This document shows positions 1-9,545 of a stretch of DNA of 55,204 nt, piece after piece. This stretch comes from Pseudobdellovibrionaceae bacterium. Lineage in GTDB: Bacteria; Bdellovibrionota; Bdellovibrionia; Bdellovibrionales; Bdellovibrionaceae. The stretch lies in contig JBIKLL010000010.1 of NCBI GenBank assembly GCA_044359815.1, positions 1 to 55,204 on the forward strand. The letters run 5' to 3'. The notes beneath the pieces are model-generated. The model made no database searches. It saw only the letters and a list, made by a program, of their open reading frames with translations, and was not told where the DNA came from. Made by a program: the position numbers and the translations under genes. Each line of letters starts with the position of its first letter. The first letter of the stretch is position 1.

Positions 1-11
1 TATTTTTTTTT

Positions 12-50
12 AAAGAGGGAAGTCCAGTCTAGGAGTCCCTCTTTTTCTTT
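12..50 (+). terminator. Probable intrinsic terminator of an upstream gene outside the window
   Basis: AAAGAGGGA (12-20) pairs with TCCCTCTTT (36-44), followed by TTCTTT. Confidence 0.5.
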
Positions 51-77
51 GAGAAATAATGAAAATATTCCGTTTTC

Positions 78-104
78 TAAGTGGGGCCTAGGGTAGGCCT
101 ATGT
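78..104 (+). promoter_or_regulatory. Weak sigma28 (FliA)-like promoter for the MCP gene
   Basis: TAAG-N15-GCCTATGT versus consensus TAAA-N15-GCCGATAA; lies upstream of a chemoreceptor gene. Confidence 0.3.
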
Positions 105-134
105 CATGAATATGAAAACCATTTAGAGGGATCT

Positions 135-2051
135 ATGATCAATAAAATTTTGCTGCTACTGGTGGGTGTGATCACAGCTTTTTGTGCCACCATTGCTTTT
201 AATCTGTTTAACATTTACATGATCAAAAATGAAACCAGCAATGAAGTCACAGTTAAAACTCCAAACTTTAACAAGCTGACAGATGTTTCAGAGCAGTTGT
301 TGTTTTTGAAGGACTTGGTAACCCAGGCGGGGCTGTCAAAAATCCGAGATGAAATTGAAACCAGCAAACAACAGGCACAAACAAAGTTTTCAGAGATCAC
401 TGAAAATTTCAAGAGTCTGGATGCACAGTATATCCTGGGATTGAATTCAACATTGCCTCAGGATCAACAGGTCGATTTTCAAAAGCTTTTGGCAGATTTT
501 AACACTTTGTCAGAGGGCGCAAAAACCTCGCTGGCTTCATCAACTGAAATATTTGAGAAAAACAGGGAACTGGATTCAGAAAAGCGCGAGCTTTCAAAGC
601 TGTTCAGAAAAGCTCAGTTTTTAACAAAATTTAAAGAGGCTTATCCAAAGCTGTCCCGAGCGGTGATCACTGTTTTGTCCAGCAGATCAACAAGGGATCT
701 GGCCTTTGCTGGAGACGCAATCTTTAAAGATGCTTCAAAGGACATCGAGCAAGGCAAAATAGGTTCAGAGGATCAAAAAACTTGGACCGAGCTTAAAGAG
801 CTGTTTGCAAAAACCAATTCCTTGGCGACTTTTGTTGCAGCCTCAGCTGAAGACAATCAGCTGGGTGTTTTCAGAGACTCATTAAATGACATTCGTGGGC
901 GAGTGGATCAACTGCGAACCATAGGCAAACAAGACTTCGAGAGGGGGCAAATGCAGCTGATCACGGCAGCATCCAAAGCCTTTCAAAGTTCCATATTTTT
1001 GTCAGGGATTATTGTTTGTTTGTCAGTCTGGCTGGGTTTAACAATGATTTTCAGAGCAAAAGCCACCATATCCAAAGCTGTGAATTCTATTATCCAAATT
1101 GCTGATAACTTAAAACAAAGTTCCAACGATTTCCTGGCGATGAGTTCTGATTTAAACAATCAGGCGCAGACTCAGGCCAGTGGGATACATCAGACTTCCA
1201 GCGCCATGGAGGAAATCACTTCAATGGTAGCACAGACGGAAACATCTTCATCTGAATCTGCAAAACTGTCAGAGCAGACGGCTGCCAATGCTACATCAGG
1301 CGAACAGTCTATGAGCCAAACTCAGGAAGCCATTCATTCGTTAAATAATTCGGTGAACATTTTAATTGAGGAAGTCAAAACTGCTGCGAGACAGTTCAGT
1401 GAAACTTCTGACCTGATCAAAAATATCAAAGAAAAAACTTCAGTCATCAACGATATCGTGTTTCAGACCAGACTGCTGTCATTTAATGCTTCGGTTGAAG
1501 CAGCCAGAGCTGGTGAAAACGGTAAAGGCTTTGCGGTAGTGGCAGAGGAAATTGGTGGACTGGCCACATTGAGTGGCAGTGCTGCGACGGAAATAAATAC
1601 TTTGATTTCTAATAGCGAAACCCGTGTAACAGCTTTGGTTTCTGCCATTGATGAAAAGGTCAAACAGATATCAGAGCAAACAATGATTTCAGTCACTCGT
1701 ACGAATGACAGCATATTGGAAAGCCAAAAAGCATTTTCTGATATCACAAAATCGATTTACAGCTTGAAAGAAAACAACAAACAAATCGCCAAGGCCTCAA
1801 CAGAGCAAGCTTTGGGTATTGAAGAAGTTAACAACGCTGTTTCCAGTTTTGAAACTATGAATACCAAGTTGGCAGAAAACGCCAAACAATCGATGTCATC
1901 AGCCGCACAGTTGGATCAGGAAGCTCAAAGCCTGACAGATCAAATCAAGGGACTGGAGCTGGAACTATTGGGATCGGGTCTTGGCAAATTCAGCGGCCAG
2001 CATACGTCAGACTGTAATGACAGTGGAATGGATTCCAAAGAAGCGGCTTAA
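135..2051 (+). CDS. Methyl-accepting chemotaxis protein
   Basis: Two TM segments flank a helical periplasmic domain; signalling tip INDIVFQTRLLSFNASVEAARAGENGKGFAVVAEEI. Start moved from the track's GTG 81 to ATG 135 (GAGGG SD at 126-130). Confidence 0.93.
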   Translation: MINKILLLLVGVITAFCATIAFNLFNIYMIKNETSNEVTVKTPNFNKLTDVSEQLLFLKDLVTQAGLSKIRDEIETSKQQAQTKFSEITENFKSLDAQYILGLNSTLPQDQQVDFQKLLADFNTLSEGAKTSLASSTEIFEKNRELDSEKRELSKLFRKAQFLTKFKEAYPKLSRAVITVLSSRSTRDLAFAGDAIFKDASKDIEQGKIGSEDQKTWTELKELFAKTNSLATFVAASAEDNQLGVFRDSLNDIRGRVDQLRTIGKQDFERGQMQLITAASKAFQSSIFLSGIIVCLSVWLGLTMIFRAKATISKAVNSIIQIADNLKQSSNDFLAMSSDLNNQAQTQASGIHQTSSAMEEITSMVAQTETSSSESAKLSEQTAANATSGEQSMSQTQEAIHSLNNSVNILIEEVKTAARQFSETSDLIKNIKEKTSVINDIVFQTRLLSFNASVEAARAGENGKGFAVVAEEIGGLATLSGSAATEINTLISNSETRVTALVSAIDEKVKQISEQTMISVTRTNDSILESQKAFSDITKSIYSLKENNKQIAKASTEQALGIEEVNNAVSSFETMNTKLAENAKQSMSSAAQLDQEAQSLTDQIKGLELELLGSGLGKFSGQHTSDCNDSGMDSKEAA

Positions 2052-2147
2052 AGAGAGTTTAGATTATTAGGTTGTATCATTTCTCGATTAGAACAAAGTC
2101 CTGTCTGGTCTTTTAGTGGCGGTTTTTAAACCGTACACTGATTATCT

Positions 2148-2426
2148 ATGTTTCGAGTGTTTTATTCGCCAGTAAAAATGTTAGTTATCTGCTTTTCATT
2201 TGTGATTCTGAGTCTGACATTTGATGGGGGAGTGTTTCGCCTGCTGAATCTGCAAACGGATCACAAATATTTGACCTCTCAAATTCAAGATTTGGAGCAG
2301 CAAAATTTGGCCCTGCAACGTCAAATAGTACAGGCGCAGGATCCATTCTTTATCGAAAGACAGGCCATGGACCTATATGATTTGGCTGGGGATCAGGATT
2401 TGATTTTTGTCTTTACAGATCGATGA
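2148..2426 (+). CDS. Septum formation initiator (FtsB/DivIC-like) protein
   Basis: N-terminal TM helix, G-x-x-x-L, coiled coil and DPFFIERQA motif; 92 aa. Confidence 0.7.
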   Translation: MFRVFYSPVKMLVICFSFVILSLTFDGGVFRLLNLQTDHKYLTSQIQDLEQQNLALQRQIVQAQDPFFIERQAMDLYDLAGDQDLIFVFTDR

Positions 2427-2560
2427 CTTAGGGACATTATAACCAGGCCTAATGGCTAGAATATTTGCTCTAAAAATATTGACTAAGGCTTGGATTTTAT
2501 CGTAAACCATTACTACTGGAAACAGCTCTCAGGATGGGGGCGCAAAAGGAGTAGGGGACA

Positions 2561-2875
2561 ATGAATAGGACGCCAAACTGGACACCAAATAAAATGCCGA
2601 GTTGGACGCCAGAAAAAATCAAACAGCTACGCAGACGCATGGGATGGTCGCAAGCAGATTTAGCTCAAAAATTAACTTTGGATTGCAAGACAATCCAAAA
2701 ATGGGAAGAGGGCGCGCTGTGTCCTTTGGATTTTCAGTTGGACGGGTTGCAATTTATTTCGATGCAAGCCGATCAGTCTGCAGAAGATCTGAGCCATTCT
2801 GCCAAGGCCGAAATCCAAATGGAACAACTGCACGTCGACCAAGTCGAATTTCAAAATTTTGACAAAGAGATTTAG
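2561..2875 (+). CDS. XRE/Cro-family helix-turn-helix regulator
   Basis: IKQLRRRMGWSQADLAQKL...TIQKWEEG HTH_3 pattern; purine-rich SD upstream. Confidence 0.85.
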   Translation: MNRTPNWTPNKMPSWTPEKIKQLRRRMGWSQADLAQKLTLDCKTIQKWEEGALCPLDFQLDGLQFISMQADQSAEDLSHSAKAEIQMEQLHVDQVEFQNFDKEI

Positions 2876-2971
2876 CACAAGCATCGTACTGTGATTCAAA
2901 AAAATTAAGCACGCAGATAGGCAAGCCAGGAATGATTTCGTCATTCATCGTTTGTGTGCTAACACACTCAG

Positions 2972-5566
2972 ATGAAAAAAAATAAATTATTTTTGGTTGA
3001 TGTCAGTTCGATGTTTTTTCGGGCTTTTTATGCAATCCGACCTCTGTCGACACCAGCTGGTGTTCCCGTCAACGCAGTGTATGGCGTGATCAGCATGACC
3101 CTTAAATTACTCAAAGAACATAAACCAGAATTTTTGGTTTTTTGCTATGACACCAAGGAACCTAGTTTTCGCAAAGAGCTTTATTCAGATTACAAAGCCA
3201 ACCGAACCGAAATGCCCGAGGATCTGATCCCGCAGATACCGTTGATTAAAAAAGCTGCTGATTGTTTGGGTATTGCTGCCATCGAAAAACCTGGATTTGA
3301 AGCCGATGATATTATTGGATCGCTAACTGAAGTTGGCCGTGAAAATAATTTCGAAGTTTTTATTGTTAGCGGTGACAAAGATTTTGGTCAGTTGATTCAT
3401 GACGGTGTTTTTATGATCGATACCATGAAAGACCTAGTATTGGATGAAAAAGGGGTATTTGAAAAATGGGGAGTTCAGCCTCAGCAGTTCATAGACTATC
3501 TGGCGTTAATGGGTGATTCCAGTGATAATGTCCCTGGAGTTCGGGGTATTGGTCCCAAGGGCGCACAAAAACTGATCGAGCAATTTGGAACTCTGGAAGG
3601 GATTTATAAAAACATTGAATCTGTCAAAGGGGACTCTCTTAAACAAAAACTGATCGAGGGTAAAGACAACGCCTTTTTATCCAGAAAACTGGTGACCATC
3701 GAAACCAAAATGGACATCGATAAAAATATTGAAAGCTACCGCCGAACTGGATTTAAAGAATCACAGCTAAAGGAACTACTGGTTGAATTGAATTTTAAGT
3801 CCATGGAAAAATCCATTTGGGATTTAAATATGAGCTCAGGCTCGAGCTCTAGTTCACCAGATAAAGCAAACCAGAATCAATCACAGAAAAATCTGACAGC
3901 TGCTGAAGCTGATATCGATGTTGTTAAGTCGGGTTCTGATAAGATAATTCAGACCAACGTTGAAAGCTTGAGCTGCAGTCAGATGGCTGAGCGGTTTGCA
4001 GAGGGCAGTGAAATAATGGCTTTTCATCATCCCATGGGGATTTTTATTTCTGGTGGTGATCAGTTGTTTCAATATTCTGATGCGCCTGAAAAATTGATGG
4101 AACTAGATATCCAGAAAAAATTTAAATGGCAGGGCTTTGATTTAAAATCTCTGTGGCATCAATTGAAACTTAAAGATCCTCAAACAGCCTTTGATGCCAT
4201 GGTGGCAGCCTATGTTTTGCATCCAGGTGGAGCTTCGGATTTTGCGAAGGTTATTTCCTATCATTTGCAGCAGGCGACTCCCGAGCTGATGTCGCCAGCT
4301 GAGCAATTTGATTTTTTGCAGCAGTTGAAGGTCAAGACCATGTCGCAGTTAAAACAGCAGGAAATGCTGTCGGTTTACCAAGAGCTGGATTTACCACTGG
4401 TTAGAATTTTGTATTCGATGGAGTCCTTGGGTGTGCAATTGGATGGCTCGGTCCTGACCAAGCAATCTGATTCCATGCTGAAGCAGATCACTCATCTGGA
4501 AAAGGAAATTCAAAGTTTAGCGGGTGAGCCTTTTAATGTCGCCAGTCCCAAACAATTGTCCCAGGTTTTGTTTGATAAATTAAAACTGACTCCGGGCAAG
4601 AAAACAAAAACTGGCTTTTCAACTGACAACGAAGTTTTGACAAAACTGCAGAAAGATCACCCGATCATCGAGCATTTGATTTTGTATCGAGAGCTTGCAA
4701 AGCTGAAGTCGACTTATTTAGATACTCTGCCACAAATGGTGGATGCCGAGGGTCGTTTGCATTCGCATTTCAATCAGGCCTTAACAACGACTGGCAGGCT
4801 GTCATCCAATGAGCCCAATCTGCAGAATATTCCGATCCGCACTGTCGAAGGCGCCAAGGTCCGCGAAGCTTTTGTTGCCTCCAAGGGAAATAAATTATTA
4901 GGTGCTGACTACAGTCAGATCGAGCTGCGGGTTTTGGCGCATTACACAGGTGACGCTGGACTAACCAGAGCTTTTGCAGACGATGTGGATGTGCATGCAG
5001 TGACGGCTTCTGAAGTTTTCGGAGTAAAGCTTGGCGATGTGACCAGCGAACAAAGGCGTACAGCAAAGGCCATAAATTTTGGGATTGCTTATGGTCAAGG
5101 GGCCTTTGGATTGGCTGAAAATTTAGGGATTTCCAGAGCTGAGGCTCAAGATATTATCAAAAAATATTTTATCAAATTTTCAGGGGTTAAAACCTACATC
5201 GAGGACATGACGGCGTCAGTTCATGAAAAGGGATTTGTAACGACCTTGTTTGGACGTAAGCGATTTATTGAGGAAGTAAAATCGCAAAACGTAAACATTA
5301 GAAAATTTGGTGAAAGGGCTGCTATCAATGCTCCGATTCAAGGGACTGCGGCTGATATCGTTAAGAAAGCGATGATAGATTTATTTCAGCAAACAAAGTC
5401 AAAAATGATTTTACAGGTGCATGATGAATTGATTTTTGAAGGATCACCCGCTGAATTAGAGAGCGAAAAATCTGTGATCGTTAGCAAAATGCAGGACTGT
5501 GCAAAGCTCAACGTCCCACTGAAGGTCAACTCCGCCGTCGGTGACAATTGGGCCGAGCTTAAATAG
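2972..5566 (+). CDS. polA: DNA polymerase I
   Basis: 5'-3' exonuclease (FRAFYA, YKANR, EADD, GDSSDNVPGV) and polymerase motifs (TGRLSS, DYSQIELR, KAINFGIAYG, QVHDE); 3'-5' exonuclease domain looks degenerate. Confidence 0.98.
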   Translation: MKKNKLFLVDVSSMFFRAFYAIRPLSTPAGVPVNAVYGVISMTLKLLKEHKPEFLVFCYDTKEPSFRKELYSDYKANRTEMPEDLIPQIPLIKKAADCLGIAAIEKPGFEADDIIGSLTEVGRENNFEVFIVSGDKDFGQLIHDGVFMIDTMKDLVLDEKGVFEKWGVQPQQFIDYLALMGDSSDNVPGVRGIGPKGAQKLIEQFGTLEGIYKNIESVKGDSLKQKLIEGKDNAFLSRKLVTIETKMDIDKNIESYRRTGFKESQLKELLVELNFKSMEKSIWDLNMSSGSSSSSPDKANQNQSQKNLTAAEADIDVVKSGSDKIIQTNVESLSCSQMAERFAEGSEIMAFHHPMGIFISGGDQLFQYSDAPEKLMELDIQKKFKWQGFDLKSLWHQLKLKDPQTAFDAMVAAYVLHPGGASDFAKVISYHLQQATPELMSPAEQFDFLQQLKVKTMSQLKQQEMLSVYQELDLPLVRILYSMESLGVQLDGSVLTKQSDSMLKQITHLEKEIQSLAGEPFNVASPKQLSQVLFDKLKLTPGKKTKTGFSTDNEVLTKLQKDHPIIEHLILYRELAKLKSTYLDTLPQMVDAEGRLHSHFNQALTTTGRLSSNEPNLQNIPIRTVEGAKVREAFVASKGNKLLGADYSQIELRVLAHYTGDAGLTRAFADDVDVHAVTASEVFGVKLGDVTSEQRRTAKAINFGIAYGQGAFGLAENLGISRAEAQDIIKKYFIKFSGVKTYIEDMTASVHEKGFVTTLFGRKRFIEEVKSQNVNIRKFGERAAINAPIQGTAADIVKKAMIDLFQQTKSKMILQVHDELIFEGSPAELESEKSVIVSKMQDCAKLNVPLKVNSAVGDNWAELK

Positions 5567-5778
5567 CCTGAGCTCGCCAATTTCTATGCAGATAAAATTC
5601 AAAAGTCTAAATCTACGATTTTGCTAAAAAAGACCACAGCTCTTTGTTTCGTATCGCTGCTCAAATTGCTCGGGGAGCGCCCCCGCCGTCCAGGCTCCGC
5701 AGAGGGTCTTTTTTAGCAAAATCGTAGATTTAGACTTTTGAATTTTATCTGCATAGAAATTGGCGAGCTCAGGCTATT
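5562..5778. mobile_element. MITE-like long inverted repeat: perfect 74-bp arms around a 69-bp spacer; could also act as a bidirectional terminator
   Basis: 5562-5635 is the exact reverse complement of 5705-5778. TA occurs at 5564-5565 and 5775-5776. The TAG stops of both convergent genes lie in the arms. The repeat is certain; mobility is inferred. Confidence 0.6.
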
Positions 5779-6391
5779 CGACTTCCCAGCCAATGACGAC
5801 GCCGCCTTCGAAATAAACGATGCGCTTTTCTTTTTTGTAACCATCAGTCTGGGGGACCATGCGATGGTAAAGCCATCTTTCGTTTTTAAATTTTGGATTT
5901 CCCGAGACTTCAACTGAATCTGGTTCGCCCCAGCTTTTTTTAACCAGGCTTGCAGGCATTCTGAGCGCCAGATCGCGGTTATCAACTATGGTTTTCATAG
6001 TGGATGAAACTTCGGTGGTGCGTTCAGCGACTTTGTTTCGTTGCAACCAAATTTGCCTGGTTTCATATCCAGGTAAAGACAGAAAATCGATTTTTTCATC
6101 ATCTGTTTTAAACAGCGGTAAAACTTTTGAATACTGTTCGACTTCCTTTTGAGTTCCCAGTGAGCCCTCTAAAACTTTCATTTTGGCTTTCATTGCAATA
6201 TCGGGATCTGTGTAGTCAGGCGTGGATTCAACCTGTTGCTTTTCTTTTAATAATTTGCTTTTGAGCATCAACAAATCTTCTTGTCTGACGGCATAGCCAG
6301 AATCAGGACTGCGTTCAAACAATGCGCAACCGCCAAGGGTCAGCAGAAAGGTTGCCAAGTAAACCATGACCAGATCCATGTTTTTTATCAT
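5774..6391 (-). CDS. Lipoprotein with a C-terminal SmpA/BamE-like domain
   Basis: Lipobox LGGC; C-terminal M...V..SWGEP...ERWLY...IVYFEGGVV pattern; GAGGT SD. Confidence 0.7.
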   Translation of the reverse strand: MIKNMDLVMVYLATFLLTLGGCALFERSPDSGYAVRQEDLLMLKSKLLKEKQQVESTPDYTDPDIAMKAKMKVLEGSLGTQKEVEQYSKVLPLFKTDDEKIDFLSLPGYETRQIWLQRNKVAERTTEVSSTMKTIVDNRDLALRMPASLVKKSWGEPDSVEVSGNPKFKNERWLYHRMVPQTDGYKKEKRIVYFEGGVVIGWEVE

Positions 6392-6522
6392 AATTACCTC
6401 AACTATATTCTAAAATAGATTGGTTAATGCGAAAATCCACTTGGCTAATGAGCCACTCATTTCTAGAATGAAGTCTGGGATATTTTTTCACTTTTTCGTC
6501 AGAATCATGAAAGTGCAGGTCC

Positions 6523-7566
6523 ATGAGCGAAGCTGAGTCAAAACCAGAGGATAAAAAACCAGCCGAAGCCGCTGAGCCTGCCGCGCCTAATCCGGTTGCA
6601 GAAGCTAGACCAAAGCCTTCTGTTTTAGACAGCATGGATGAAAACGCAGAGCTCAGCGCCGAGGATTTTGAGAAGATCATTGCAGAGGATGATCCCGAGT
6701 TTTTAAAATCTGTAAATTCAATGTCGGCTGACAAACTGGGTTTTGCTGACATCGATTTTGATAAACTGGATTTAGAAGACGAATATTATGCAATCATTGC
6801 TGAACGCGACCGCTGGAAAAACCTGAGTATTGTTACAAAATTGATTGTGATTTTGTTACCCTTTATCCCATGGATTTCTGTTAAACTTAAAAAATCTTTT
6901 AAAAAGCTCAAATTCAAATTACGTGGATTTTTTATTCGAGTAAAAAACTTTGGGTATTTTTTAGCGACCAATGGCAAGGACGGATTGCTAAAGTGGTTTA
7001 AAAATTTGGTCGCCAATTTTGGTGTTTTGTCTCAAAAATTTAAATATTTGCCAGTGGCTTCAAAATTGTTTTTTGTGGTTTTGATTTTTGCTTCAGGTGG
7101 TTTGGGATTTTTTATATATAAATCTGTGACAAAAGGAGTGATCCACAAAGAAGAAGAAATCTTTTTGCGCAGTTTTGATTTGGTGGCCAGCGAGACTTTT
7201 GAATACGACCCGTCAGCCAACCAAGAACCATTTTTTGAAAATCTGCGAGCGGCTTCCAATCTGATTTTAATCCCCAAGATGATAGTTAATTTAAAGGCTT
7301 CTAAAAATAGCGGCAATAATCCGATGGCAGCATTGGAGATTTTTATCGAGGGCATGACCCCGGAGGTAACGGTTGAAATCAAGGACCGTGAAATCGAAGT
7401 CCGTCACACCATGCTGAGGGAAATGGAAGACTTCACCTATGATGAAGTCGAGTCCGCCACGGGCAAGGAATATCTGATTGATCGTTTAGTCAAAAGGGTT
7501 AATCAGATTTTAACCACTGGAAAAATCCGCAGAATCCTGATTAAGACAGTCATCGTAAAACCCTAA
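6523..7566 (+). CDS. FliL-domain membrane protein with a long acidic N-terminal extension
   Basis: C-terminal IVNL...EIKDREIEVRH...GKEYL...VNQILTTGKIRRI FliL pattern, preceded by TM helices. Confidence 0.7.
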   Translation: MSEAESKPEDKKPAEAAEPAAPNPVAEARPKPSVLDSMDENAELSAEDFEKIIAEDDPEFLKSVNSMSADKLGFADIDFDKLDLEDEYYAIIAERDRWKNLSIVTKLIVILLPFIPWISVKLKKSFKKLKFKLRGFFIRVKNFGYFLATNGKDGLLKWFKNLVANFGVLSQKFKYLPVASKLFFVVLIFASGGLGFFIYKSVTKGVIHKEEEIFLRSFDLVASETFEYDPSANQEPFFENLRAASNLILIPKMIVNLKASKNSGNNPMAALEIFIEGMTPEVTVEIKDREIEVRHTMLREMEDFTYDEVESATGKEYLIDRLVKRVNQILTTGKIRRILIKTVIVKP

Positions 7567-7572
7567 CTTCAA

Positions 7573-8823
7573 CTAAACCAGGTCAGCCAATAAATCCCTG
7601 ATGTTGATGCCATAATATCTGATTTTATCATGCAATGTGGATTTGGGCATTCCCAGGTCCTTTGCAGATTTGCGCTGATTGCCACGGTTCAGTTTCAGAT
7701 GGTGCAGTATCATTTGTTTTTCGGCTTCCCTAAAATGTCCTTGCTTAATAGTTCGCTGTTCGATTTCGTAATTGGGATCCAAAACATTGTTTGAAATAAT
7801 GTCAACGAGGCTACCGACTTGAAAATGTTCGACCACTTGGTTTGGAAAATTCACAGAGGCTCTGGAAACAGTGTTTTTGAGTTCTCGGATATTGCCAGGC
7901 CACAGATGGGATTTTAAAATTTCAATAGCCTTGTCAGAAAATCGCACAAAAGTATTCTTGGTTAAATCATTCAGAATGTCTTCAAAATCTTCCAGCCGTT
8001 CACACAATCTGGGGATTTTAATCTGCACCACATCCAATCGGTAAAACAAATCAGCTCTGAATTCTTTTTCTAGGATTTTTCTTTTTAAATCATGGTGAGT
8101 GGCTGCGATAATGCGAGCATTTGTTGTAATGGACACATCGCTGCCGACGGCGCGGACTTCATTGTTTTCAAGCGCTCGCAACAGTTTTGCCTGGACGTTT
8201 AACGGCAGATCACCGATCTCATCCAGAAACAAGGTTCCGTTTCTGGCGGATTCAAATGCTCCTTTGCGGTCTTTGATCGCGCCGGTGAAAGATCCTTTTA
8301 CGTGTCCGAAAAGCTCGCTTTCAATCAAGGTTTCGGTCAAGGCGCTGCAGTTTACGCTGACAAAGGGGCCATCGCTGCGATTCGAATTTTCGTGAATCTT
8401 TTTTGCCATGATTTCTTTACCGCAACCAGAAGCCCCAGTCAGTAATACGGGGTATTCGGATCTGGAAATGCTTTTGACCTTTTGCAGTTGTTGATTCCAG
8501 GAAATGTTTTTACTGCTTAGCCCTTTGTTTATGGGTGGGGTGTCTGACATAAACCGTAATTGGCAATCACCCAGCCTGACTAAATCACCTTCTTTCAGGG
8601 GTGCTTCCAGTATGGGAACATTGTTGATCAGGGTTCCTGATTTTGATCTGAGATCTTTGATTATGTAGGATTCCCCACGCTTTTGGATCACGCAGTGTCT
8701 GTCCTCGATGTTTTTATACAGCAACTGCAGGCTGCAATTTTGATCAGAGCCCAGGACCATGTATTCATTCAAAACATAGGGTTTTGAAGGGCTGTCGGTT
8801 TCAAGTTTTAAAAAATTTTTCAT
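7573..8823 (-). CDS. FHA-domain sigma54-dependent enhancer-binding protein (FHA-AAA+-Fis HTH)
   Basis: FHA (HC...DLRSKSGTLIN), Walker A GASGCGKE, ESELFGHVKGSFTGA, FLDEIG, WPGNIREL, C-terminal HTH. Start placed at ATG 8823 after an AAAGGAG SD (track 8850). Confidence 0.93.
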   Translation of the reverse strand: MKNFLKLETDSPSKPYVLNEYMVLGSDQNCSLQLLYKNIEDRHCVIQKRGESYIIKDLRSKSGTLINNVPILEAPLKEGDLVRLGDCQLRFMSDTPPINKGLSSKNISWNQQLQKVKSISRSEYPVLLTGASGCGKEIMAKKIHENSNRSDGPFVSVNCSALTETLIESELFGHVKGSFTGAIKDRKGAFESARNGTLFLDEIGDLPLNVQAKLLRALENNEVRAVGSDVSITTNARIIAATHHDLKRKILEKEFRADLFYRLDVVQIKIPRLCERLEDFEDILNDLTKNTFVRFSDKAIEILKSHLWPGNIRELKNTVSRASVNFPNQVVEHFQVGSLVDIISNNVLDPNYEIEQRTIKQGHFREAEKQMILHHLKLNRGNQRKSAKDLGMPKSTLHDKIRYYGINIRDLLADLV

Positions 8824-8886
8824 CTGTTCTCCTTTGTGATCGCTACCCAACAGAAATCCGTGGGCGGTTTGTTTAACGGACGCTAT

Positions 8887-8903
8887 TACAAATGAAATGC
8901 CAG
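8887..8903 (-). promoter_or_regulatory. Candidate sigma54 -24/-12 promoter
   Basis: Minus strand CTGGCATTTCATTTGTA = GG-N10-GT, one deviation from the conserved GC. Confidence 0.35.
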
Positions 8904-8986
8904 TAAAAAATTGGATGAATTCAAATTTAAGAGCTTTTGAGGTTGTATCATTTGGATTTGCGTCTTAGATTCTGGATCCACATCCT

Positions 8987-9538
8987 ATGATTAAGAATGC
9001 AGTTCATCCTAAAGACTACCCTCAAGACGATCGACCCGAAGTCGCAATTGTCGGCCGTTCTAATTCGGGCAAGTCTTCCCTGATAAATTCTTTGTTGGGT
9101 TCAGATGATTCCTTTGTCAGTAAGCGTCCCGGTAAAACCAGATTGATTAATTTTTTTGATAAGGGCGAAAATTACCGTATCGTTGATATGCCAGGTTATG
9201 GATTTGCGGCCAGAGCTTTGGATGAAATCAATCAATGGACAACAATGATAGAAACATATTTTTCACTGAGGTCCAATTTAGTTGGTATGGCGATGACCTT
9301 GGATATTAGACGGGATTGGACTGATGATGAGGTCATGCTGTTGAGGCTGAGTCAAAGCTTAGGCAAGGAATTTGCGTTGGTTTTAACTAAGGCTGATAAG
9401 TTATCATTAAATGATAAAAACAAAAGGATGGCTTACTTTAAGCGTAAAAAGATTGATAACATTTTTATGGTTTCTAATTTAAACTTGGATGGAATCAAAG
9501 AATTTGAGTCCTTTATTTTTAACGAATGGATAAAGTGA
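8987..9538 (+). CDS. engB: Ribosome biogenesis GTPase EngB/YihA/YsxC
   Basis: GRSNSGKSSLIN, PGKTRLINFF, DMPGYGFA, TKAD. Confidence 0.95.
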   Translation: MIKNAVHPKDYPQDDRPEVAIVGRSNSGKSSLINSLLGSDDSFVSKRPGKTRLINFFDKGENYRIVDMPGYGFAARALDEINQWTTMIETYFSLRSNLVGMAMTLDIRRDWTDDEVMLLRLSQSLGKEFALVLTKADKLSLNDKNKRMAYFKRKKIDNIFMVSNLNLDGIKEFESFIFNEWIK

Positions 9539-9545
9539 GGGTTAA

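Noticed and set aside
2453..2469. Sigma54-like TGGC...TTGC upstream of the XRE gene
   Set aside because: GG-to-GC spacing is 11 nt rather than the required 10.
2502..2550. c-di-GMP-I (GEMM) riboswitch-like words GTAAACCAT...GAAA...ATGGGGGCGCAAA upstream of the XRE gene
   Set aside because: The GAAA-capped stem is interrupted and too long, and the second hairpin with the tetraloop receptor is missing before the ATG. An Rfam c-di-GMP-I scan would settle it.
3830..4330. Ser-rich linker and degenerate 3'-5' exonuclease region of PolA as an intein or insertion
   Set aside because: There are no intein splice motifs, the total length is normal for PolA, and inactive proofreading domains are common.
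5713..5985. 90-aa minus-strand ORF running into the inverted repeat
   Set aside because: It is an alternative frame inside the lipoprotein gene and has no transposase motifs.
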